In this document: positions 56,501 through 64,000 of the stretch, piece after piece | Numbering within the stretch: position 1 is the first letter of the stretch | Layout: every line of letters starts with the position of its first letter | IMG/VR virus record: IMGVR_UViG_3300028044_000003 | Location: 1 to 64,000 of that record | Length of the DNA: 64,000 bases | Origin: a virus | Direction: 5' to 3' (one strand) | Position numbers and translations under genes: made by a program | Notes under the pieces: model-generated | The model's database searches: none | What the model saw: only the letters and a program-made list of their open reading frames with translations | What the model was told of the DNA's origin: nothing

Positions 56501-57169
56501 ATGGCTTTAAGTACAAAAAATGTAAACACAGGTTCGTTATCTAAAATATTCGAACCAGGTAATTTGAAGGCTGAGATTTTATCTATAGCCCTGGCACCAT
56601 TCCCTTTTAAAGAAGGTTCTTATCACATCACATTATTTATCCAAGGTTCTGAGATCGAAGGTTTTCAAGGAATCCCTGTAGACAAAGCAAATCCTGAAGG
56701 TGAAAAATACAAAGGTCAAGTGGCTTATGTAAAATCAAACGAATACGCTTATGCTGATGGTACTACTAAAAGTGGTATTAGTGTTTCTAGAGATATGGAT
56801 ATCTTGAAATTCGTTAAAAATGTTTGTGTAGAAAGCGGTTCGGAAGCTATAAAATGGTTTGAAGAGCAAGATAACAAACACGATACTATCGAATCTTTAA
56901 TGGATAATTTTAATACAGTAAAGCCTTTCAAAGGTGTTATGTTTAATCTATGTGTTGGTGGTAGAGAATATACTAACAAACAAGGTTATCCAGCTTTTGA
57001 TTTAAACTTAGTAAGACCGGCTAAAGGTGAAAAGAATTTAGAAAACGTAGGAGCTACTAACTCTAGGTTAGTAATTTTTGACTCTTCTAAACATATTAAA
57101 AAGCAAGCCCAAAAAGAGTTTAGTCAATCTGACTCTGAACCGGCATCTGACGATACATTTTCACTTTAA
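56501..57169 (+). CDS. Putative single-stranded DNA-binding protein
   Basis: Follows the Sak4-like gene; acidic/aromatic tail SDDTFSL. Confidence 0.55.
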   Translation: MALSTKNVNTGSLSKIFEPGNLKAEILSIALAPFPFKEGSYHITLFIQGSEIEGFQGIPVDKANPEGEKYKGQVAYVKSNEYAYADGTTKSGISVSRDMDILKFVKNVCVESGSEAIKWFEEQDNKHDTIESLMDNFNTVKPFKGVMFNLCVGGREYTNKQGYPAFDLNLVRPAKGEKNLENVGATNSRLVIFDSSKHIKKQAQKEFSQSDSEPASDDTFSL

Positions 57170-57221
57170 TCATGTTTAATTTGGAGAGGGGAGAACGAAA
57201 GTTTTCCCCTTATTTTATTAA

Positions 57222-58172
57222 ATGCTTAGGACAACACAATTAGATATTCCGTCTCAATGGATTTTTAAGCATTTTTTAAATTTAGATGTTGATTTAGTTG
57301 GTCAAAGTATAACTATCAAATCTCCTTTTAATCTAAATGATAAGAATCCTAGTTTTTATTTAAAATACAATGATAATTTCCAGCAATACTTTTTTATAGA
57401 TTACAATCGTAAAGTAGAAGGTAATGCCGAGACTTTTATAAAATTACTATTTAACGTATCCATTAACGAAGCTAATTCTATTATTAGAGAAGCATATAAT
57501 AAAAGCGATGATACTAAAGTATATAATTGCGAGACTCAAATAGAATCTCGTAAAACCAAAATCATTGATTACAAACTTGGTTATTGGACAAATAAAAATT
57601 ATAATTTTTGGTTAAAGTTTGGTATAAATAAATTTATCCTGGATTATTATAACGTTAAACCTCTTAGTGAATTTATCATTCAAAGTATAAATGGTGTTTT
57701 TACTATAAAAAGAGAAATTTTATATGGTTATTTTGATAAATATGGTATGTTGTATAAGATATATATCCCGGATTCTGATTTTAAATTTTATGCCGTACAA
57801 GATTTTATTAGCGGTACTTGTCAATTAACTTATAAAACAGACTATTTACTCATTATGTCATCATTAAAAGATATGATGTCTTTTAAAAGTCTGAATATAG
57901 GTAATATAGAGTATGTAGCTCCTAACTCTGAGACTAGTTTTATACATCTAGGTCATATAAATGCTTATAAAGTACACTATAAAAAAATTGGTGTTTTGTT
58001 TGATAATGACTCGGCCGGTATAAACGGTAGTAAATCTTATAAAAACTATTATAACATTGACTATTTGAATTTACCTTTGTCAAAAGATGTATCAGATTCT
58101 GTTAAGGATTACGGGATTAAAAAAGTAAAAGAAGTAATTATACCAATCTTAATAAAACATTTTAAATCATGA
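57222..58172 (+). CDS. DNA primase (TOPRIM, crAss-type)
   Basis: SPF...DKNPSF, YKIY.P, SSLKDMM, APNSE, FDNDSAG, KDVSD. Confidence 0.85.
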   Translation: MLRTTQLDIPSQWIFKHFLNLDVDLVGQSITIKSPFNLNDKNPSFYLKYNDNFQQYFFIDYNRKVEGNAETFIKLLFNVSINEANSIIREAYNKSDDTKVYNCETQIESRKTKIIDYKLGYWTNKNYNFWLKFGINKFILDYYNVKPLSEFIIQSINGVFTIKREILYGYFDKYGMLYKIYIPDSDFKFYAVQDFISGTCQLTYKTDYLLIMSSLKDMMSFKSLNIGNIEYVAPNSETSFIHLGHINAYKVHYKKIGVLFDNDSAGINGSKSYKNYYNIDYLNLPLSKDVSDSVKDYGIKKVKEVIIPILIKHFKS

Positions 58173-58627
58173 ATATAAAAGTTGTCAAATTAGAACCAGA
58201 AAATAAGCTCCCGGTAAAGATGTTTCCTAAAGCTGGTGCTTGGGATGTATGTTGTACAGAAATTATCAGGGAGTCTGATAATTATTATCGTTGTAAGTTA
58301 GGTCTTAAGATGACTCCGCCTCCAGGGTATAGAATTGTATTTGTACCTCGCAGTAGTATTACTAAAACACAATGGATATTACAAAATAGTCCCGCTACTG
58401 GTGATGAAGATTTTACTGGAGAGTACGAGTTAAGATTCAAATGTATTCCGTATACATCTACTGAATCTGCTTACAAAGGTACATCTTACGAAAAGTTTCC
58501 TTTTAAAGTAGGAGATCGTATTGCTCAGATGTATTTAGAAAAAGTTGAAGAATTTGAATTTCAAGAAGTAAATAATTTAGATGAAACAGATAGAGGAAAG
58601 GGAGGTTTTGGATCCACGGGTAACTAA
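58169..58627 (+). CDS. dut: Trimeric dUTPase
   Basis: AGAWD, PRSS, D.DFTGE, GDRIAQ, RGKGGFGSTG. Confidence 0.92.
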   Translation: MNIKVVKLEPENKLPVKMFPKAGAWDVCCTEIIRESDNYYRCKLGLKMTPPPGYRIVFVPRSSITKTQWILQNSPATGDEDFTGEYELRFKCIPYTSTESAYKGTSYEKFPFKVGDRIAQMYLEKVEEFEFQEVNNLDETDRGKGGFGSTGN

Positions 58628-58755
58628 TCGTATTGAACATTCTTCTAAAACATTATCAAAACTTTCTAAATTAGGTATGAAGATGTGTTCGAATTGTAAT
58701 AATTTATGTAGTGATCAAGATTTTCGTTGTAAAAAATGTAAACTTCGTTTAAAAT

Positions 58756-59055
58756 ATGATAGTGACTTTAAACTGTGTAGTAAAATATGAAAACAATTTT
58801 GCGAACGTTTACCATAACGATAATTTGTTAGCTTCTGAAAACCCGGAACATGCTGTTTTAAAAGTACCTCCGTTGTTTAAAAGAATAAACAATTTATCTG
58901 AAGATAAATGTGAGGGATTAGTTATTTATTTTGAGAAGGAGGGAGAAATTGTTACACCGATTATTTTAAATAAGTGTTACATATCTGTCGAAACATATCT
59001 TTTTAAAAATACTTTTGTACATTATAAATCGCAAACGGACGATTATCCGTTATAA
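58756..59055 (+). CDS. Hypothetical protein
   Basis: ORF. Confidence 0.5.
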   Translation: MIVTLNCVVKYENNFANVYHNDNLLASENPEHAVLKVPPLFKRINNLSEDKCEGLVIYFEKEGEIVTPIILNKCYISVETYLFKNTFVHYKSQTDDYPL

Positions 59056-59058
59056 CTT

Positions 59059-59565
59059 ATGATTTCTATAGGAATTGATATAGGTAAAAAAGGAGGAATC
59101 TTTATTCAAAACGATAAAGGTGATAAAGAATCTTATAAGATGCCAATGGTAAAAGATCAGTTAGATATTTCAGGTATTTACAAAATTCTTTCTGGCTACG
59201 AAGGTATGAGAGGTATTGTAGTTTTTGAAAAACTAGCTCCTATTTTTGGATCTTCTAAAACCACGGCTTTTAGTATGGGATTTCAAGCCGGTATTATTGA
59301 AGCTTTATGTGTAAGCTTGGCTATTCGTTATCATATCGTACCACCTAAAGCTTGGCAAAAACAAATGTTTGAAGGGGTTGATGAAATAATCAAAACCGTT
59401 AAAGGTGTTAAAAAGAGAGATACTAAATCTATGGCTTTAATTGCTGTAAAAAGACGTCATCCTGACGTTGTACTTAAATTTTCAAACAAAGTCACAAAAG
59501 ATCACGATGGTCTTGTTGACGCTATACTTCTAAGCGATTATGGAAAACTCATCTACAAAGATTGA
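59059..59565 (+). CDS. ruvC: RuvC-like Holliday junction resolvase
   Basis: IGIDIGKKGG, VFEK, P..WQK, HDGLVDAILL. Confidence 0.85.
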   Translation: MISIGIDIGKKGGIFIQNDKGDKESYKMPMVKDQLDISGIYKILSGYEGMRGIVVFEKLAPIFGSSKTTAFSMGFQAGIIEALCVSLAIRYHIVPPKAWQKQMFEGVDEIIKTVKGVKKRDTKSMALIAVKRRHPDVVLKFSNKVTKDHDGLVDAILLSDYGKLIYKD

Positions 59566-59992
59566 GTTTATTTCTATCGAACAGTACTATACTTTATTAA
59601 ACATGCTTAACTCTCCTGACAAAGAAAATGTTACTTTGGCTCTGGGTGTTATTGATAGATTCGATTATGCTAAAAACATGATCCCTATGACTATGTTATT
59701 TAAGTATAGTAAAGTACCAGTTAATGAATGGAAAGTTTTAACTAACGGATTTTATCAGTATGTAGTTGATAAACAATTAATTAGTAGAAATTTTTCTTAT
59801 ACGCTTACTAAAAAACTTTATGATTTAATAGGTATAAAAAATCTAGAACATGAAGAAATTTTAGTTAAAGCTGCATTATCGGGTATTTATTCACTTATTG
59901 ATAGTTTTAAATTCGGTCAGTTAAAAAATATTATTGTCGAATACGAAGACAAATCTATTTTATTAAATAAAGAATTTGACAACAATGGATAA
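59540..59992 (+). CDS. Helical protein sharing a domain with 62766..63896
   Basis: L.NML.S.D.EN..LA. Confidence 0.55.
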   Translation: MENSSTKIEFISIEQYYTLLNMLNSPDKENVTLALGVIDRFDYAKNMIPMTMLFKYSKVPVNEWKVLTNGFYQYVVDKQLISRNFSYTLTKKLYDLIGIKNLEHEEILVKAALSGIYSLIDSFKFGQLKNIIVEYEDKSILLNKEFDNNG

Positions 59993-61184
59993 AAAAACAG
60001 AATCTTTAGCAAAAGTTTGTAAAGAGTTAATGTTAAAAGAACCTTTCTATGGATTGTTTCTTATAATGTTAAATAAATCATGGTCTAAAAAAGTACCTAC
60101 TGCTGCAGTAAGTATTAATGATATAAATTACCGTTTAGAAATAAACGAAGAGTTTTGGGAAAAGTGTAATCCTTTACAAAAAATGGGATTGCTTAAACAC
60201 GAGCTTTTACACATTGGTTTTTTCCATCTTACTAATTTTAACCATCTCTCTGATCAACGTATTCTCAATCTTGCTATGGATTGTGAGATTAACCAATACA
60301 TTGATAGAGATTGGTTACCAGGAAATCCTGTATTACCGGAGTGTTTTCCAGACTTAAATCTCGATCCGAAAGAAGGTACTATTTCTTACTATGAGAAAAT
60401 GATAACCGCTGCTAAGAATAATTCTTGTCCGAATTTAAAAGCTGCGTTAGAAGGTCAAGGTCAAGGTACTATACAAATAACTATGGCTGGTAATGAACCT
60501 GGAGAAATGGATATTCCGGAACACGACTGGGAAAAAGTAGAATTAGACGAGGCTACCCAAAAACTTATTGAAAAACAAACAGGTCATATACTAAACGAGT
60601 TAGCTGATCAGGTTAAAAAGTCTAGAGGTACTATTCCTGGCGAATTTCAAAGTATTTTGGATAAGATTAATTATACCGAACCGCCTAAGTTTGATTGGAA
60701 AGGGTTTCTAAGAAGATTTTCGGGAGCTTCAGTAAAAATTTATACAAAAAAGTCTCGTAGAAAACTTAGTAAACGATACGAAGAAAACCCTGGATTAAAA
60801 ATTAAACAAAAGAAACACGTTCTTGTAGCTGTAGATACTTCAGGTTCTGTAAGTAATGGTGAGTTGATTGAATTTTTTCAAGAAATAAACCATATTCACA
60901 AAACAGGAACTGATATTACTGTAGTACAGGCCGATGCTGATATAAAAGATATTAGTCCTTTTGATCCTAAAAAAGAAATAAAATTATTCGGTAGAGGAGG
61001 TACAAGTTTTGACCCGGTAGTAGAATACTATTCAGAAAACGTTCATAAGTATACGTGTCTGATTTATCTTACTGACGGTGAAGCACCAGCCCCAGAATAC
61101 AGTAGAGGAAGAATGTTATGGGTTCATTCTTCTAATTCATCTATTAATGAATCATTACCCGGAATAAAAATACAATTAAATTAG
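59985..61184 (+). CDS. DUF2201-type zincin metallopeptidase + vWA protein
   Basis: PFYG, HELLH, N.AMD.EIN, DTSGS MIDAS, GRGGT.F, YLTDG. Confidence 0.85.
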   Translation: MDKKTESLAKVCKELMLKEPFYGLFLIMLNKSWSKKVPTAAVSINDINYRLEINEEFWEKCNPLQKMGLLKHELLHIGFFHLTNFNHLSDQRILNLAMDCEINQYIDRDWLPGNPVLPECFPDLNLDPKEGTISYYEKMITAAKNNSCPNLKAALEGQGQGTIQITMAGNEPGEMDIPEHDWEKVELDEATQKLIEKQTGHILNELADQVKKSRGTIPGEFQSILDKINYTEPPKFDWKGFLRRFSGASVKIYTKKSRRKLSKRYEENPGLKIKQKKHVLVAVDTSGSVSNGELIEFFQEINHIHKTGTDITVVQADADIKDISPFDPKKEIKLFGRGGTSFDPVVEYYSENVHKYTCLIYLTDGEAPAPEYSRGRMLWVHSSNSSINESLPGIKIQLN

Positions 61185-61185
61185 T

Positions 61186-62733
61186 ATGTCTAAAAAACAA
61201 GTACATCTTAACAGTAATGAACTAAAAGGGTTTCTTACTCACATGATTACAAACAACAGATTTCTTGAAGTTAATAACAAGAAAAAAGTAGCCGTAGAAA
61301 TTATGGGCGAATCTGGTTTAGGTAAAACTAGCGTAGCATTACAGCTTGCTAATGAATTAAATTTGAATTTTGTAAAGTTGAACTTATCTCAGATTGAAGA
61401 GTTAGGTGACCTTGTTGGTTTCCCAATAAGACAATTTGAGTTATGTAAGTACGAAGAAACTGTAGATAGAGCTTTACCGGTAACTGAAACGGTAACTAAA
61501 ACTGTACAAATACCTGTTATTAAAACAGTTAAAAAGTTTGTTCCAAAAATAGTTACTAAAACCGGAGAAAGATTAGAATTAGTTACAGAAACAGTGATGG
61601 AATCTAAAACAGTTAAAAAACAGGTTTTAGAGAATGGTCGTATGACAATGAAAGAAGTAACTACACAAGTTCCGGTGACTAAAGAAGTAGAGAAAATGGT
61701 ACCTTACGAGTATACTGAAGAAGAACACGTTGAAATAGAAGTTGAAGAAACTGTAATGATAGATGATGTTGTTACTGAATCGGTAACTCTTGGAACACAG
61801 TTTATACAACCAACTTATTCAGGATGTATTTGGGTTGATGAACAAGCTACGGAAGAGTATCTTAAAAGAGGTTATAATTTTACCGGCAACAAACGTATGT
61901 CTTACTGTCCACCAGAATGGATTGCAAACAAAGAAGGTGGTGGTATATTAATCATTGATGATTATAACAGAGCGGATCTTAGATTCTTACAAGCAATAAT
62001 GGAATTGGTAGACCGTGGTGAGTATATTTCTTGGAAATTACCTTCTGACTGGCATATTATCCTTACAGCTAACCCGGATAACGGTAACTATTTAGTTAAC
62101 GCTATGGATAACGCTCAAACAACTCGTTTTGTAAGCGTTAACTTAAAGTGGGATTCTGATTGTTGGGCTCAGTGGGCTGAGAAAGATGGTGTTGATACAA
62201 GATGTATAAACTTTGTGTTGTTACATCCGGATATGATCCAAGGAGATGTTAACCCAAGAAGTGTTACAAACTTCTTTAACTGTATTAGTTCTTTGGAAGA
62301 TTTCTCTAAGGAATTACCTTTGGTTCAAATGATTGGTGAAGGTTCGGCCGGTTCAGAATTTACTACAATGTTTACGATGTTTATCAATAATAACCTTGAT
62401 AAGATTGTAAATCCTAAAGAAATCTTATTTGACGATAATGAAGGTAATGTGATAAAGAAAATGAGAGATTCTTTTGGTAGAGGTGTAAACTATCGCGCAG
62501 ATATCGCTTCAGTAGTAACTGCTCGTCTTATTAACTACACTCTTTATTACGCTGAGTCTAATTCTATTACGCAACCTCAGATAAATCGTTTGATAAGAGT
62601 TTGTACAGAGAGAGAAGAGTTCTTAAGCGCAGATCTTCAGTATGTAATTGTTAAAAAGTTACTAGCTGGAAACAAGCAAAAATTTCAGAAACTTTTAGTT
62701 AACCCGGAAGTTATTACAATGGCTTCTAAATAA
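61186..62733 (+). CDS. MoxR/AAA_5-type ATPase with long insertion
   Basis: GESGLGKT, GDLVGFP, PPEW, LIIDDYNRA, LTANP, NPRS. Confidence 0.85.
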   Translation: MSKKQVHLNSNELKGFLTHMITNNRFLEVNNKKKVAVEIMGESGLGKTSVALQLANELNLNFVKLNLSQIEELGDLVGFPIRQFELCKYEETVDRALPVTETVTKTVQIPVIKTVKKFVPKIVTKTGERLELVTETVMESKTVKKQVLENGRMTMKEVTTQVPVTKEVEKMVPYEYTEEEHVEIEVEETVMIDDVVTESVTLGTQFIQPTYSGCIWVDEQATEEYLKRGYNFTGNKRMSYCPPEWIANKEGGGILIIDDYNRADLRFLQAIMELVDRGEYISWKLPSDWHIILTANPDNGNYLVNAMDNAQTTRFVSVNLKWDSDCWAQWAEKDGVDTRCINFVLLHPDMIQGDVNPRSVTNFFNCISSLEDFSKELPLVQMIGEGSAGSEFTTMFTMFINNNLDKIVNPKEILFDDNEGNVIKKMRDSFGRGVNYRADIASVVTARLINYTLYYAESNSITQPQINRLIRVCTEREEFLSADLQYVIVKKLLAGNKQKFQKLLVNPEVITMASK

Positions 62734-62765
62734 AATTAAGGGAGGGAAACCTCCCGCTTTTATTT

Positions 62766-63896
62766 ATGATTAAAAAAGAAAAGATTTTTTATATCCTTAA
62801 TAAAAATGATAATACATTTTCTACTAGTACATTGAGTTATATTTCTGACCTGAGTTGCGATATGGTAGATAACTATTCTATTCAAAAAAATGATAGAATA
62901 TTTTTCTTACCTGGCTGCACAGTACCTAGATTTAAAATAAGAAATGTACTTAAAGATAATGATGCGTCAATATCTAGAACTTTAGATGGTTCTAATGTAG
63001 TAATTATGTCTAACGATACTTTTAAAAATCTATTTAAAACTATACTCTTACGTAGAGTATTTAAAGATAATTTTATACAATTTGTTTTAGCTAATCCTCA
63101 AAAGATTCAAAACGGTAATGAAATTATTGATAGACTTAATCAATTTGAATTAGAAAATGGTGATACACGGTATGTTTATTTACATCGTAGTAATTATTAT
63201 TCGTTTGTTAGACAAGGTATTTATAATAAACCTCTTGAAGACGAGTGTCCTAGTTTTAATCAAATAAAAAACTTACACGAAAACGATGATGATTTTGATG
63301 AAAATCAACATCCGGATAATCCATGTGCTAGTGTAGATTTATTGTTTACTCAAGATGATTATGACATTGAAGTTTTAGCTGATAAGCTTTATTCTAATTC
63401 TCATAACTATTCTATAGTAGATCAAGATGATCTTTTAAAAATTATTAATTGTAACAGTACTTTTATTGATGAAGCTAAGTATGAAGAGTTAAGAAACATG
63501 TGTAATAGTTCTGACAACTCAAACATGATTTTAGCTATGGAAATTATGAGTAATTGTGATTACGATGATTCTTATGTTTATTTAATATTACTGTTAGCTG
63601 AATATCATAAATCATTTTATACGGTTAAAGAACGAAATCACGTAAACTTTAAAAGTATGTTAGAGTATCTAGGTTTTAAACCTACGGATTTATCTCAACT
63701 GGGATTTAGTAGTTTTATAGAAGGTATGAAAACTAAAGGTAAGTTTACAAAAACTAATTGTGACTTATTATTAAATCGTTTAATTAAGCATTGTACCTCT
63801 TATAGCGGTAGGGACTATGTAGTCATTTCGAGCGATTATACAGATGTATTAATTTTACCAAAAGAAGAATGTTTAGACCCAGAATCTAATGACTAA
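62766..63896 (+). CDS. Protein with N-terminal BRCT-like segment and C-terminal helical domain
   Basis: IFFLPGCTVPR.K.......ASI......SNVVI. Confidence 0.5.
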   Translation: MIKKEKIFYILNKNDNTFSTSTLSYISDLSCDMVDNYSIQKNDRIFFLPGCTVPRFKIRNVLKDNDASISRTLDGSNVVIMSNDTFKNLFKTILLRRVFKDNFIQFVLANPQKIQNGNEIIDRLNQFELENGDTRYVYLHRSNYYSFVRQGIYNKPLEDECPSFNQIKNLHENDDDFDENQHPDNPCASVDLLFTQDDYDIEVLADKLYSNSHNYSIVDQDDLLKIINCNSTFIDEAKYEELRNMCNSSDNSNMILAMEIMSNCDYDDSYVYLILLLAEYHKSFYTVKERNHVNFKSMLEYLGFKPTDLSQLGFSSFIEGMKTKGKFTKTNCDLLLNRLIKHCTSYSGRDYVVISSDYTDVLILPKEECLDPESND

Positions 63897-64000
63897 TCAA
63901 ATCGATGTTAACGTTCTTGAAAATGAGTTTAAGAACACCCCTTTATTTCTTAGTTATTCTTCTCTTAGCAAACTTCACTATTCTCCTAAACTTTATTACA
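63889..64000 (+). CDS. Partial CDS, possibly a PD-(D/E)XK exonuclease
   Basis: MTNQIDVNVLENEF...LSYSSLSKLHYSPKLYY. Confidence 0.5.
   Translation, partial: MTNQIDVNVLENEFKNTPLFLSYSSLSKLHYSPKLYY

Noticed and set aside
1657-61809. Short antisense or nested track ORFs (e.g. 1657, 3026, 4924, 13971, 19556, 33530, 34567, 37678, 46731, 54917, 61627)
   Set aside because: Shadows of well-supported genes, with no motifs or expression signals
1-64000. Stop-codon reassignment as in some crAss-like phages
   Set aside because: Long genes are intact in code 11; TAG ends MCP and portal, TGA and TAA also terminate genes; no canonical suppressor tRNA seen

Overview
AT-rich fragment of a large lytic dsDNA phage with crAss-like (Crassvirales-type) organisation and a probable Bacteroidota host. 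1-29.2 kb (minus strand) is the late module: endolysin and holins, terminase, portal, scaffold-like protein, major capsid, small basic proteins, ring proteins and Cys-rich tail/fibre proteins. A strand switch at about 31.2 kb is followed by an early region built from about 10 terminator + ATATCAACCTAC motif + short gene units. An ncRNA-rich stretch leads to a DUF2828 (Ro60/TROVE-like) gene. Repair and replication genes follow (SPL-like radical SAM, WGR-ligase, SF2 helicase, Ung, DnaB, Sak4-like ATPase, SSB, primase, dUTPase, RuvC), then a vWA/MoxR module. The two strongest observations are: (1) three small stem-TCAGCA RNAs, two displaying tRNA anticodon-like loops, plus a mini-tRNA, upstream of the Ro60-like gene; (2) an 823-bp circularly permuted single-gene cassette with an attC-like site, inserted between 14-bp direct repeats in the SPL-like gene. 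All family assignments come from motif recognition by eye; no searches were run.
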